A stretch of DNA of 64,000 nt from the IMG/VR virus record IMGVR_UViG_3300032083_002615, positions 5,452 through 69,451 of that record; one strand, given 5' to 3'. The notes below the pieces were generated by a model. That model worked only from the letters and a program-made list of their open reading frames with translations, was not told the DNA's origin and did no database searches. Numbering within the stretch: position 1 is the first letter of the stretch; every line of letters begins with the position of its first letter. This stretch comes from a virus. Below are positions 32,092 to 44,600 of the stretch, piece by piece. The translations under genes were made by a program, and so were the position numbers.

Positions 32092-32748
32092 ATGGCTTTT
32101 CCACCAGAGTTCAGTAGTACTGCGACATATGCAAATCGATATGATTTAGATGAAGCGAGTGTTTTTCTTGAAGGTAATGCAAATAATCCAATGTTTTTTT
32201 CAATAGATGGATTACCTGACCAATTATCATTTGGAAAACACTACTTTAATTTATCTATTTTAGATTCAACAAATCAAGATTATGATTTAACACCAAATAG
32301 TCGTATATTGTTTGAATTTAAATCAATAAATAATGTCGTGTTGAAATCAGATGTTAGTAATTTAAAACAAAGAAATGGTGTAGCGACTTGTTTTGTTGAA
32401 GTATTAAAAGACCCATTAAGAACATTTAAAGAGGTTGAAGATGGTGAAGGTACTTTAACCATTGTTGCAAGTTTACAAAATAAAAGAGGTCGTGGACAAA
32501 TAATACCTACTGAGTTTAGAAATGCTATAAATTATAGATGTATTTTTCCAATTCAAATAAGAAAAAATTTAATCAATGCTGACTCACCAAGAGTGTTACA
32601 ATCTAAACACGAATTAAAAACATCATTAGGTAATTTTTCATTTTCAAAAAATAGTGTGACAACTCGTAAAAATTCAATTACTGGAACACTTTATGATGTT
32701 AAAGGTATAGCTACTAACATACCAAAAAAAGGTAAGGCGAAGTCATAA
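32092..32748 (+). CDS. Hypothetical virion protein preceding the tail fibres
   Basis: Start moved to ATG 32092 (GGAG SD); the ATG at 32068 lies inside the promoter motif. Confidence 0.6.
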   Translation: MAFPPEFSSTATYANRYDLDEASVFLEGNANNPMFFSIDGLPDQLSFGKHYFNLSILDSTNQDYDLTPNSRILFEFKSINNVVLKSDVSNLKQRNGVATCFVEVLKDPLRTFKEVEDGEGTLTIVASLQNKRGRGQIIPTEFRNAINYRCIFPIQIRKNLINADSPRVLQSKHELKTSLGNFSFSKNSVTTRKNSITGTLYDVKGIATNIPKKGKAKS

Positions 32749-35700
32749 TGCCAAGTTACGATTTTAGAATATTATTAGAAACCGTTGAAGGTAATAAATC
32801 ATCTTATTACAGTAGTTCATTTGTTAATACATCTGTTGATAATTTTAGATTAACCTCTACACAAGTTTATCATAGAATTACAGGTTCAGTTTCTGCTTCT
32901 TATCAGAATGAAACGATTTTTAGTGGTAGTGACATTAATACAAGTTTCACATTTAAAGATAATAATTTATTAAGTGCTTCATTAAGTGGAAGTGAAGACA
33001 CTGGTTCAATTGTGTTTACAGCATTGGATTCAGATTATGATAGATTATTAAGATATAAATTCATAGGTGAAAAAGTAACTAATGTTTTAGGATTACCAAG
33101 TGACCAGTGGATTTATGTTGACCAAGTTAGATTACCAGTAGATGATGAAGCAAATGTATTTCAAGGTAATGCTAATTTAGGTAATGTAGTTATTACTGAT
33201 AATTTAACATTTGCAGGTGGTTCTAATGTTAATTCTGATGTTCCAATCCTAATAGATACAGCTTCGGATAGATATATAAAATTCGTAGATGAAAGAGGTA
33301 TTTCAGAAGTAGCATTACGAATGGGTTATGATGTAGATACAGATATTTATGAAATAACTGGCTCTCCTGATTTTACTTTTAACATTGGTGGGATTAATAA
33401 CGCAGATATAACAAATATAAGTGGAAACATAACCGCTAGTGGATTTATATTTTCTAAAGATACCGATGGTGGTGATTCTGTAATAACAATAGAAAATACA
33501 AATACAGATACTGGAAGTGTAATTGATGGAAACAATAAAGGCGCTGGAGTTGAATTTAAACATTATGATTCTGCGGGAAATAGTAAAAATGCTGGTAAAA
33601 TTATTGCAAGTAAAGATAATACTTATGCAGCTGGTGGTGTTCCCGGTTCAACAGAGGATTCAAATCTAAAATTCTTTACAGCACTTAATGGAACTGATAC
33701 TGAGAGATTAAGAATAGATTCCAATGGATTAGCAATATTTACAGGTGATATAAGTGCAAGTGGTAATTTAATCATAGAAGGTAGTATACAGGCTACTCAA
33801 ATTACTTCATCAATTGTATCATCCTCTATAATATTTTCAAGTGGTTCAAATATATTTGGTGATGCTGATGATGATACTCACACGTTTAATGGCCACATAA
33901 CCGCAAGTGGAAACATAAGTGCGAGTGGTGATGTAAAAGCTGGAACATTTACGGCTGTTGGTAATATTAACGCAAACGGAAACATTGTTGGAGATGATGG
34001 AACGAATATAACAAATATTGCTAACATATCACTAGATACAATAACAGCTGATGCTAATGGAAATACACAAATTGGTGTTGGTAATACTTCAATAGGTTTT
34101 GATGTAGATGGTGAAACAAGACTAACACTTGGTACTACTAAAATTACAGTGGGTGACACTGTTACAGAAGGTTTGTTTGTTGATTCACACATAACCGCAA
34201 GTGGAAACATAAGTTCAAGTGGAATAATTACTGGTGAGGGATTAGTTATAAGTGATGACGCTGAAATTGCAGATGATTTGACTGTTAAAGGAACATTACA
34301 TATAACAAGTTCTACTGACCCTAATTTAATTTTAGAAGACCCAAATGGTTCTAATGTATTAAGATTTAGAAGAACCGACCAAAATAAAAACTTTGACATA
34401 TCAATGCAAGGAAATGATTTAAGAATTATTTCTACTGATGATGATGGTTCACAAAATGTATTAATAGGTGTTAACGCTGGTGGAACTCCAAGAGACAATA
34501 GGTTGGGTTTAGGTGTACCAAATCCTACTGAGAGATTATCTGTATTTGGTAATGTTTCAATAAGTGGTTCAGGAATGGGCCACATAACCGCAAGTGGAAA
34601 TATAAGTGCAAGTGGAACAATCATAGCAGAACAACTAACAACTTCAGATGACTTAACCGTTGGTGATGATATATTTCTCTCTGATAGTATAGTACATAGT
34701 GGTGATACTGATACCAACATAGCATTTTCAACTGACCAAATAACTTTTAAAGCTGGTGATGTTGAAATGATTAGACTTGTAGAGGGTTCTAATGATTCTG
34801 TTGTTATTAATGATTTAAGTGCTGATGTGGATTTTAGAGTTGAATCCAATAATAATGTGAATATGTTAAAGGTAGATGGTGGAACTGATAAAGTTGGTAT
34901 TGGAACTGGAGTACCAAATTCAGAATTAACTATACACGGTAGTTTAGATACAAGTGGTTCAGCTGGTCACATAACCGCAAGTGGAAACATAAGTTCAAGT
35001 CTAACTGGTTCATTTGGAAGAGTTGGTATAGGTACTGCAAGTCCTGAAGAAGCACTTGATATTACAGACACTTCTAACAACCATCAATTACAATTAACTG
35101 CTGCTACAAATATGAACTCAGGAATTAAATTTTCAGATGGTACAGATGCAGATGCAGGTAGTATATACTATTATCACACTGATAAAAGAATGAGATTTTG
35201 GACAGACAATACTGAACAAATGAATATATTGGCTAATGGTAATGTTGGTATTGGAACAACAAGTCCAATAGCACCACTGCATGTTTCCACAACAAATACA
35301 GATACGGATAATAATTTAGGTGATTTAACCAATCCAAGAGCAGGTATACTTATTAATAATTTAAGTACAGATGCAAATACATATGCAGCTATAGATTTTA
35401 GAGCAGGTACACACGATGCTAGAATAGCTGTTACAAATGGTGGAACTAATGTTGGTAATATGAACTTTATAGTTGATAATGGTAATTCTCCGATTGTAGG
35501 AATGGCTTTAACTTCATTAGGTAAAGTAGGTATAGGTACTACAAGTCCAAGTGCTCCATTAGAAGTATCGGGTAGTGGTATCACAATTCATAATGGAGGT
35601 ACAGACGGAGTTTTAAAAATACAAAGATTTAGTGGTGATATTGGACAATTGTCTGCTGCAAACACAAGACTTACATTAAGAGCTTTAAGTAATAAAAATA

Positions 35701-38700
35701 TATCAATTGAAGATGATGCAGGTAATGTTGGTGTTTTTGTAAAAGATGGTGGAAAAGTTGGTATTGGTGCAGATACAACTCCAACAGTAGCATTACAAGT
35801 AACAGGTGATATAAGTGCAAGTGGTGTAATAGAAGCACAAAGTCACATAAGTACAAGTGGTGATTTAAGATTAATAGGTGGTGCTAATGATATTATATTT
35901 GGAGAACCAGGTGATACGACAAGTCAAAACTATGGTATTAAAACAGATGGTAATTTATTCCTTGATATAGATAAAGATAATGATAACACAGGTAATTTTT
36001 TCCAATTTAGAAGTAATCAAGCCAGTACAAATATAATGAGAATGAAAGATACTGGTGAGGTTGGTATCGGAACAACTGCTCCAACAAAAGAATTAGAAGT
36101 AGCTGGTGACATAAGTGCAAGTGGTGATATATATGGAGATGAATTATTTTCAAAAGGATATGGTAGTGGTTATCAAATACACATAGATGGTAACGATGGT
36201 AGTGGTCCACAAATATTATTTGGAACATATAATGACTCCGACAACTTTATGAGGTTTGGTGCTTTTGGTGGAAAAAATCAAATAGATACAAAAACAAGAG
36301 ACTTCCATTTATTTGGTTCAAATACAACCACTGGATTTTTCTTTGATGAGAGTTTAGGTAACTTTGGTATTAAAACATTAGTACCATCAGCTAGTTTAGA
36401 TGTAAATGGTAATCTTCAAGTTCAATCACACATAACCGCAAGTGGAAACATAAGTGCTAGTGGTAATATATTTGGACACTCAGCTTCATTTGATTCAAGA
36501 GTTGGTATTGGAGTAAAAGACCCTGATGCTAAACTTGAAATTGTATCAGATGGTGATAGTAGTGCTACAAAAGCATTAGAAATAAAAGATAGTGGAGGAG
36601 AAAATTTATTTTATGTAAGAGATGATGGTGTTACAAGTGTAACTCACGGATATTTATTTGTCCAAGCTTCTGCTGGTGCATTCATTACAGGTAAAACAAA
36701 TGCAAGGGGTGGTGTTACAGATGACCAGGGTGCTTTAGGATTAGGTTCAAGTGGTGATGTGGATGATATGGTAATATCAAGTAGTAATGTTGGTATTGGA
36801 ACAACAACTCCAGATGAAAAATTAGAAGTTGTTGGAAACATAAGTGCAAGTGGAACTGGTTCATTTGGAATGGTTGGTATCAATACAGCAAGTCCAGCAG
36901 CTGATTTACACATCAATGATAGTGGGGGTGAGGCAACATTATTATTAACAGGTCCAGGCAGTAATCCAGCAAATGCAGCTAGTCTTAGATTTTCAGAACA
37001 ATCAGATGGTAACAACTATGTAGAACTTAAATACGATGGTAGTGCTAATATTTTATCATTTGATAGTAATAATCAAAATGATATGTTGAGTATTGATAGA
37101 AGTAATAATAGAGTATTTACAGGCACTTCGACAAAATTAGGTGTGGGAACATCAAGTCCAACATTAGGAAGATTACATATATCAGGTTCAGGAGATGCTA
37201 ATAATAGATACGCTGCTTTATTCCAAACCACAGGTTCAATAAGTTATTTAAAGTTTGCGGATAGTACAACTGGAGTTGCAGCTGGTGACGGATTTGATAT
37301 AGGTGCTAATAGTTCAACTGCCTATTTAATAAATAGAGAAAACGCTGCTATGATATTCTCTACCAACAATACTGAAAGAGTAAGAATTTTAGCAGGTGGA
37401 AATGTTGGTATTGGAACAACAAGTCCAACAAAACCATTAACCGTTGAAGGTGACATAAGTGCAAGTGGTAATTTAAACATACAAGGTTCAATAACCGCTA
37501 CATCGATAACATCTTCTTTTGTAACTTCCTCTGTGGTTTTAACAGAAGGTTCAACTCAATTTGGAGATGCTTCAACGGATACTCATACATTTATCGGTAA
37601 CATAACCGCAAGTGGAAACATAAGTTGTAGTGGTATTATAAGAGTAAATGAAATTAGAGATAATTTTAATTCAAGTCATTTAACTATTAGACCTGATGGT
37701 AATTTAAATTTAGGAACAGCGGCTTCAGATGAAATTAACATTGGAAGACAAAGTGGAACTTGTGATATAAATATCTATGCAAATACTTCAACGGTAGCTG
37801 CGAGATTTGTAACAAGTACAATAACTTTTAATCATCCAATAACTGCAAGTGGAAACATAAGTGCAAGTGGAGAAATAGCAGGCCTAAGTTTAGATATAAA
37901 TGGAACATCAAATTTTGCTGATGATATTACAATAGCTGGAGGTAAAAAAATAAAAGTAACTCCTGGAAGTGATGCTACTGGTTCAATACTTTCATTGGCT
38001 AATGACCAAGATGTTTTATTCTCATCACAAAACGATAGTGCTGGTGGTGACCCACAACAATTTGTTTTAAAACATAATTTAGGTGATACTGAATTAATTA
38101 ATAGAAGAGGTGATTTAATTTTATCAGCTTCAACTGATAGAGTTGGTGTAGGAACAAATGCTCCAACATACGCATTGCATGTATCAGGTTCAGAATTAAG
38201 ATTACAAAAAGCTGGAAATGATGCTATCATAACATCAAGAACTGATGGAGCAGGAGCTTACTTTATAGCTGACTCACAAAATGCAAATTATGCTGGATTC
38301 CAAATCAATCATGGTGGAAGTGGTGCGTGGTTTCTTGGTGGATATAATTCAGCTGATTTTAATATTGTTGATGGTAATCGTAATGGTGGTTTCAAACAAT
38401 TCGTTGTAGAAAACTCAACTGGTAATGTATCAATACAAACAGGTAGTTTAAATTTGGTAGGACAAGCTGGTGGTCACATAACTGCAAGTGGTAATTATAG
38501 TGGTTCTGCAGCTTCAACTTTTAGAATTGGTGGAAAACTAATTGCAGGTTCTAAATCATTTGTAATTCCGAGACCAGATGGTGGTATGTTAGAATATGGT
38601 GTTTTAGAAGGACAACAAAATGATGTATTTTTCAGAGGTGAATTAAAAGGTGATAATGTTATTCACTTACCGAAAGAATGGGAATGGTTAGTTGATGAAA

Positions 38701-38882
38701 ATACAATTACAGTTCAATTAACAAGTATTGGAAAACACCAAGAATTGTTTGTTAAAGAAATTAAAGATAATAAAATATTTATAGATATAAATGGTATGTT
38801 TAAAACAAAACAAGATATACATTGTTATCATATCATACACGGAACAAGAAAAGATATAGAATTAATAAGGAATTATCAATGA
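32748..38882 (+). CDS. Long tail fibre (2044 aa) with GNVGIGTTSP and HITASGNISASG repeats and a chaperone-like C-terminal domain
   Basis: Numerous beta-repeat motifs; C-terminal SKSFVIPRP..LEYGVLEG...VFFRG...LPKEW. Confidence 0.85.
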   Translation: MPSYDFRILLETVEGNKSSYYSSSFVNTSVDNFRLTSTQVYHRITGSVSASYQNETIFSGSDINTSFTFKDNNLLSASLSGSEDTGSIVFTALDSDYDRLLRYKFIGEKVTNVLGLPSDQWIYVDQVRLPVDDEANVFQGNANLGNVVITDNLTFAGGSNVNSDVPILIDTASDRYIKFVDERGISEVALRMGYDVDTDIYEITGSPDFTFNIGGINNADITNISGNITASGFIFSKDTDGGDSVITIENTNTDTGSVIDGNNKGAGVEFKHYDSAGNSKNAGKIIASKDNTYAAGGVPGSTEDSNLKFFTALNGTDTERLRIDSNGLAIFTGDISASGNLIIEGSIQATQITSSIVSSSIIFSSGSNIFGDADDDTHTFNGHITASGNISASGDVKAGTFTAVGNINANGNIVGDDGTNITNIANISLDTITADANGNTQIGVGNTSIGFDVDGETRLTLGTTKITVGDTVTEGLFVDSHITASGNISSSGIITGEGLVISDDAEIADDLTVKGTLHITSSTDPNLILEDPNGSNVLRFRRTDQNKNFDISMQGNDLRIISTDDDGSQNVLIGVNAGGTPRDNRLGLGVPNPTERLSVFGNVSISGSGMGHITASGNISASGTIIAEQLTTSDDLTVGDDIFLSDSIVHSGDTDTNIAFSTDQITFKAGDVEMIRLVEGSNDSVVINDLSADVDFRVESNNNVNMLKVDGGTDKVGIGTGVPNSELTIHGSLDTSGSAGHITASGNISSSLTGSFGRVGIGTASPEEALDITDTSNNHQLQLTAATNMNSGIKFSDGTDADAGSIYYYHTDKRMRFWTDNTEQMNILANGNVGIGTTSPIAPLHVSTTNTDTDNNLGDLTNPRAGILINNLSTDANTYAAIDFRAGTHDARIAVTNGGTNVGNMNFIVDNGNSPIVGMALTSLGKVGIGTTSPSAPLEVSGSGITIHNGGTDGVLKIQRFSGDIGQLSAANTRLTLRALSNKNISIEDDAGNVGVFVKDGGKVGIGADTTPTVALQVTGDISASGVIEAQSHISTSGDLRLIGGANDIIFGEPGDTTSQNYGIKTDGNLFLDIDKDNDNTGNFFQFRSNQASTNIMRMKDTGEVGIGTTAPTKELEVAGDISASGDIYGDELFSKGYGSGYQIHIDGNDGSGPQILFGTYNDSDNFMRFGAFGGKNQIDTKTRDFHLFGSNTTTGFFFDESLGNFGIKTLVPSASLDVNGNLQVQSHITASGNISASGNIFGHSASFDSRVGIGVKDPDAKLEIVSDGDSSATKALEIKDSGGENLFYVRDDGVTSVTHGYLFVQASAGAFITGKTNARGGVTDDQGALGLGSSGDVDDMVISSSNVGIGTTTPDEKLEVVGNISASGTGSFGMVGINTASPAADLHINDSGGEATLLLTGPGSNPANAASLRFSEQSDGNNYVELKYDGSANILSFDSNNQNDMLSIDRSNNRVFTGTSTKLGVGTSSPTLGRLHISGSGDANNRYAALFQTTGSISYLKFADSTTGVAAGDGFDIGANSSTAYLINRENAAMIFSTNNTERVRILAGGNVGIGTTSPTKPLTVEGDISASGNLNIQGSITATSITSSFVTSSVVLTEGSTQFGDASTDTHTFIGNITASGNISCSGIIRVNEIRDNFNSSHLTIRPDGNLNLGTAASDEINIGRQSGTCDINIYANTSTVAARFVTSTITFNHPITASGNISASGEIAGLSLDINGTSNFADDITIAGGKKIKVTPGSDATGSILSLANDQDVLFSSQNDSAGGDPQQFVLKHNLGDTELINRRGDLILSASTDRVGVGTNAPTYALHVSGSELRLQKAGNDAIITSRTDGAGAYFIADSQNANYAGFQINHGGSGAWFLGGYNSADFNIVDGNRNGGFKQFVVENSTGNVSIQTGSLNLVGQAGGHITASGNYSGSAASTFRIGGKLIAGSKSFVIPRPDGGMLEYGVLEGQQNDVFFRGELKGDNVIHLPKEWEWLVDENTITVQLTSIGKHQELFVKEIKDNKIFIDINGMFKTKQDIHCYHIIHGTRKDIELIRNYQ

Positions 38883-39070
38883 TAATAAAAATAAATTATA
38901 ATAAATCAACAAAACAAATAGTGGTTTCAAATGATAATAAACAAATATTATTATCAGTAACGGATTCTACAATTATTGATACTGATGATGAGTTATCATT
39001 TGAAATAGCAGGTGATTTATCATCATTTCAAGATATGTTAACACCAAACCCAATGGATGAGATGGAATAA
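38879..39070 (+). CDS. Small hypothetical protein (possible fibre assembly factor)
   Basis: ATGA overlap with the fibre stop and AAGGA SD favour the start at 38879. Confidence 0.55.
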   Translation: MIIKINYNKSTKQIVVSNDNKQILLSVTDSTIIDTDDELSFEIAGDLSSFQDMLTPNPMDEME

Positions 39071-41673
39071 TGGCAGCTTTAACATCAGCACAATCAGGTA
39101 ATTTTACAGCGTCAGCGACTTGGGGTGGTTCAACACCTGCAGATGGTGATACTTTCACTATTGCAGCTGGACATAGTGTTACTTCAAGTACAGTAGATAT
39201 GCCAACAAATGGATATGGTGATATAACTATTAATGGTTGTTGGTCTTTACAAAGTGGAAGTCAATTTAAACTTAATGGTAGGGCTACGGTTTTTGGTGGT
39301 GAATCAAATTATTTTACAGAAGGTGAATCCGATTCAGCTGGTAAGTTTGAAATGAAAGCAGATACTGAGTTAGTTTTAAAAGGAACAAATTCAGAACAAC
39401 ATGCTATATGGTGTGAAACACAAACACGAACTCAAGTTATTTGTGAAGGTACGGATAAAGCTTTAACTACAGTTATAAGTTGTTCAAATTATATTGATTA
39501 TAATCAAGATTTTTTACCTGTAGCTACAGCTTCTAATTTTGTAGAGGGTGATTGGATTTCTGTGTATTCAAGATTTACAGGATATAAACATAGTGACGAT
39601 GAGAGTTTTATAGTTCATGATACTGATACAACAACAGGTGCAAACAAAATTTATTATAGACAATTCGTATCTCCAACTGCTACAATTCAAGGATTCAAAG
39701 GTTTAAGAACAATAGTGGTGGATAACGCTAAGGTATTTAGAGCTGGATATAAAATAATATTCGGAACAGGTGATAATAGAAATGTAGTATCAATAGTTGG
39801 AATTAATTTTAATTTAAATGAAATTGTAGTTGACGCTAATGTAACATCAGCAACAGCTTTAGTAAATTTAATAGGTTTGACAATTTACCAAACAGGAAAT
39901 GAAAGAAGACATTTAAACGGACACGGAAAAGATTTACTTACGGATACTTCACCAGCGACAAACCAACTTTTTGCTGCAAGTGGTTCACAAGTTAGAAGAA
40001 ATGCAACAACTTTAACAACTGCTATAACATCAGCGGATTCAACAAATCAAATTGTAATTGGGAACGCTTCAGATTTATCAGTTGGTGATGAGATTTTAAT
40101 TGATGTAAATAATGACACAGATACGAATTGGGACTATGATACTAAATATACAATCACTGCTATTTCTGGAACTACATTAACATTAGATGACCAAGTTAGA
40201 TATACTCATAAAGTAGGAAGTTTAATTACAATTCTCACAAGAGATTGTGTTATTCGTTCTGAAGATGCAGATGATAGGGTTTTTGTTTATATTGAGAATT
40301 GGACTACGAGCACTAATGCAGCCTTTACGCGGCGTATTAGGTTTAAGGATGTGCAATTCAAAGGATTGGGTGGTAATACGGGTAACAACTTTTACAGAGC
40401 TGGATTCTGTGTAGCTGGATACAATGGTGGATTAGACCCTGACAATACAGGTAATGGATTAAACTATGGGTTTCAAACAGAAGTAACAAATTGTACTTGG
40501 GATGGTAGTGAATGTAATGCTACATCAAGAACTTATATGGGTATGATGTTTAGAAGTACTTGGGGTTTTGAAGCAAGGAATCTTGTTTCTTATGATGGTT
40601 ATTATAATCTTTACAGTTGGGGTTATGGAGCACATGCAAAATATAATGGTTGTTATGCAACTCGTTCTGAACACACAGGATTTTTACAAGATAACCTTAC
40701 TGAAGTGTATTGTGAATCTAATTATCATTACATAACAAGAACTGATGATTATGGAGCATTGTTTTATCATTCAAGAGAAAATGTAAATCGTAGAATGTGG
40801 ATTCTTTTAAACAATGAAAGTAGACCATTTCAAGATTTTTATGGTAATCCAAATCAACTTCTTGATAGATGGTTTATGGATGGATTTAGATATTGGCCTT
40901 ATATTTCAGATTCTAGCCCTCCTGTTCAATTCTTGGATTCACATGCAAAAAACAGATGGGATGCAACAGCACCTGATGGAACTGGACAAGTTTATTCTAA
41001 TTATGTTTCAATGAACTCACATCCAAGAGGTGAGTGGGATAGAACAACTGGAATTATGACAAAAGCTATTTGGCAAGAATTTAACCACGAAATAGATGGA
41101 TTGGCTATGCAAATAGGACAATGTTTAGCGGAGTGGATTAACGATGGTGGTTATTGGAAAGTAAGATTTGGAAACGATAGTGCGGCCGGTTTTATGGATA
41201 GTGTATATGTTCCACCAAGAACAACTGTTAGAATATCTGCAGAAGTTCAATCCGTAGGAACAGATGGTAGTTTTAATTATCCAAGATTAACTGCTAGAAT
41301 GAGTGGTGATTATAAAAGAGGTAGATATAATCTTGGTGAATATGATTCAACAAGTTATACAAGTACCAATCGTCCAAATCCAAACAAAAGTGTAGGATTT
41401 TTAGAAGATATAGGATATGATAATGGTAGTATTGGAAGTTTTCAAGAAAAACAAATAACTATACAACCACAAGATTGTGGATTTTATTTAGTCTATGGTG
41501 TAAGAGGTAGTAATACAAATATGAGAGAAGAACACTTTTTTATCAAAGACCCAATTGTTAGATTTGATAAAGGTCCTTTGGGAGCTGTTAGGGAAGATAG
41601 AAACACCGATAGACGAGTTTCTGTGAGAAGTAATTTTACACAAGTTAGAAAAAGAATTAGTGGGAGAATATAA
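39070..41673 (+). CDS. Tail-associated protein with a G8-like N-terminus and a probable beta-helix region
   Basis: TSAQSGNF..SATWGG..P..GD..TI..GH.VT start; V..LTRDCVIRS; lies between two fibre genes. Confidence 0.55.
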   Translation: MAALTSAQSGNFTASATWGGSTPADGDTFTIAAGHSVTSSTVDMPTNGYGDITINGCWSLQSGSQFKLNGRATVFGGESNYFTEGESDSAGKFEMKADTELVLKGTNSEQHAIWCETQTRTQVICEGTDKALTTVISCSNYIDYNQDFLPVATASNFVEGDWISVYSRFTGYKHSDDESFIVHDTDTTTGANKIYYRQFVSPTATIQGFKGLRTIVVDNAKVFRAGYKIIFGTGDNRNVVSIVGINFNLNEIVVDANVTSATALVNLIGLTIYQTGNERRHLNGHGKDLLTDTSPATNQLFAASGSQVRRNATTLTTAITSADSTNQIVIGNASDLSVGDEILIDVNNDTDTNWDYDTKYTITAISGTTLTLDDQVRYTHKVGSLITILTRDCVIRSEDADDRVFVYIENWTTSTNAAFTRRIRFKDVQFKGLGGNTGNNFYRAGFCVAGYNGGLDPDNTGNGLNYGFQTEVTNCTWDGSECNATSRTYMGMMFRSTWGFEARNLVSYDGYYNLYSWGYGAHAKYNGCYATRSEHTGFLQDNLTEVYCESNYHYITRTDDYGALFYHSRENVNRRMWILLNNESRPFQDFYGNPNQLLDRWFMDGFRYWPYISDSSPPVQFLDSHAKNRWDATAPDGTGQVYSNYVSMNSHPRGEWDRTTGIMTKAIWQEFNHEIDGLAMQIGQCLAEWINDGGYWKVRFGNDSAAGFMDSVYVPPRTTVRISAEVQSVGTDGSFNYPRLTARMSGDYKRGRYNLGEYDSTSYTSTNRPNPNKSVGFLEDIGYDNGSIGSFQEKQITIQPQDCGFYLVYGVRGSNTNMREEHFFIKDPIVRFDKGPLGAVREDRNTDRRVSVRSNFTQVRKRISGRI

Positions 41674-44600
41674 ATGGCTAAAGATGTATTGATAACACCG
41701 TTAGATGGAATAATACAATTTTCAAGTTCAGCAGGGACAGGAACAGGACAAGTAAAAGTTGATGGTGATGATTTAGTTATTAGTAATGCGATTGGTGATG
41801 TATTGTTGGGTGATGGTGCTTCTGATGTTTTTATTGGTAATGGAACTGATAATGTAGATATTGTATTTGAACAAAATGGTGAAATTAGAGATGATGGAAG
41901 TGGTAAAACAATTACTATTGGTAGTAAAACCACAACATTAATATTATCAAGTTCTTCAGATATAACGATGCAAGGTGGTGGTGGAAATGTTGGTATCGGA
42001 ACAACAAGTCCAAAAGCTGAATTACATGTAGAGGGTACAATAAGTGCAAGTCTCACTGGTTCATTTGGAAAAGCGACCATTGGAACACCCACACCTTCTA
42101 ATTCTCAAACACAACTTACGGTTAAAGGTGGTGAGGGTGGTGTTGCAATGGCTCATTTTGAAAGAACTATTGGTGGAACTGGTATTATTAAGATAAATTC
42201 AAATGCATCAGAACCACAAATTCAATTCAAAGCAGATAATGATAATGAAAGAATGAACATTGGTGTTGAAAGAGCTGGTGGTGCATTTGTTATAGCTAGT
42301 GGTAGTAGTATAGCAGACAAAGAAATAGTTGTTGTTACTCAAGATAATAAAGTAGGTATTAATACAACTGCTCCAACAAAAGAATTAACCGTAGAAGGTG
42401 ACATAAGTTCAAGTGGATTCATTTCAACTCTATCACACATAACCGCAAGTGGAGATATAAGTGCAAGTAGACTATTTTTAAATTCAGGTACATCAGATAC
42501 GGTAGCGACTTTCAAAAGTTCAGATAGTACAGCAAGAATACAAATTACAGATGATAATACCACTAATTATATAGTATCAAATACTAACTCGGATAGTACA
42601 CTTTTATCGTTGGGGGCAAACAATTCCACACACGCTGGAAATTTAAACATTTCATCAAGTGGAGCTGTCGGTATCGGAACAACAACTCCAGGATATGCAT
42701 TAGAAGTAGTAGGTAGTATAAGTTCAAGTGCTACTTTAATATCAAAAAATATAAATGTTGCTGAAAAAATAGTCCATTTAGCAGATGCAAATACAGAAAT
42801 ACATTTTGAACCTGATAAAGTAACCCACACAGTTGGTGGTGTAGATTTTATTACTATGACAGAAACCACCAATGATACTCTTGCATTTGGTGATGTTGAA
42901 ACAAGTTTTGCTGGAAACATAACCGCAAGTGGTAACATAAGTGCTAGTGGAACGATAACTGCAAATGCAATAAATGTTAATGGTACTGATGTATTAACTT
43001 CTGTAAGTGGTAACACATTCGCAACAGATTTAAAAATCGGTAGGGATGCTGACAATCTAATTGATTTCACAACAGACAATCAAATACAATTGAGAGTTGG
43101 TGCTAGTAATGAATTAAAATTAAATACATCAACTTTATTTGCAGGTGCTAATGATGGTTTATCATTAGGTGCAGCTGCTATTGGATTTTCTGACTTATTC
43201 CTTGCTGATGGAGCTGTTATTGGTTTTAATAATGGTGAAATACATTTAACACAAACTAATGCAGCATTGGTAATGAGTGGTTCGGGTGCTACAACATTAG
43301 AAGTATTGGGTAATGTAAGTGGTTCATCAACATCAACTGGTTCGTTTGGACATTTAGAAGCAACCAAAGCAATGATAGGAAAACATAGTATTTATGAAAC
43401 AGATTTCCCATCAGCTGATTCAACCTTACACATACACGAAATCGTTAATGATGCAGGTGGTGTAGATTTAGGAAACGAAGCACACATAGTAATTAGCACT
43501 GGAACAACTCAAACTGGAGCTCAAGGTTATCAAGGTTCTTTATGGTTTGGAACTTCTGACCACCCAGCCGCTGGTGGAACTGCAAATGTAGGAACACAAT
43601 TTGTTTGGAGAAATGCAGGGATTGCATCACAGACAAGTGGAGATACTGGTGTTGCAACTGGAAAAGGTAATTTAGAATTTTACACTAATAATGGTTCAGG
43701 AACAGCAACTAAAAGATTAGAAATTACAGAGGGCGGAGCAATCAATGCTTTATCACACATAACCGCAAGTGGAAACATAAGTGCAAGTGGAAAACTATTT
43801 GCATATGGTGCTGATTTTGGTGACCAAAGCATTACAAATGTTAATCAAATAGACCTTGATGGATTTAGAGCTGATGCAGCTACTAATGTTCAAGTTACTT
43901 TAGGTGCATCTGGTGTTGATGTAGTGATGGAGGATGGAGATTCTTTCACAATTAATTCAGGTGAAGTAAATGCAGATTTTACATATTTTGATAGTGGTGA
44001 AGCTTCACTTATACACGGAGATGCTGCTTTATCAAGAGTTGGTATTTCGGATACATCACCTGTATCTAAATTAGATGTTGGTGGAGATTTAAATGTTCAA
44101 TCACACATAACCGCAAGTGGAAACATAAGTTCAAGTGGGGCAATTATTACTGAGCAAATTTATGTTGGTAGTAATATATTTCACAATGGTGATACAAATA
44201 CAAATATAACCTTTGGAACAGATACCATAACTTTTAAAGCTGGTAATGAAACATTTATAACTATTATTGAAGATGGTTCACAAGACAATATAGTGATTGG
44301 TGATGGTGGAGATATTGATTTCCACGTTAAAGCTGGTGGTGATAATACATTGTTTGCTCAAGGTAGTTCTCAAAACATTGGAATTGGAACATCAAGTCCA
44401 ACATTAGGAAGATTACATATATCAGGTTCAGGTACAAGTGCTAATTATTCTATTTTAGCTCAAACCACTAGTTCTGTAAACTATATGAAATTTGCAAATT
44501 CTTCTACTGGTGATGCATCTGGTGATGGATTTGATATAGGAGCAAATGGAACAACAGCTTATTTATTAAATAGAGAAAATGCTAATATGATATTCTCTAC

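Noticed and set aside
40290-40380. Short patch of atypical GC-richer codons (ACG CGG CGT AGG) in the 867-aa tail protein
   Set aside because: Too short to distinguish from chance or a small recombined patch; no structure or repeat found
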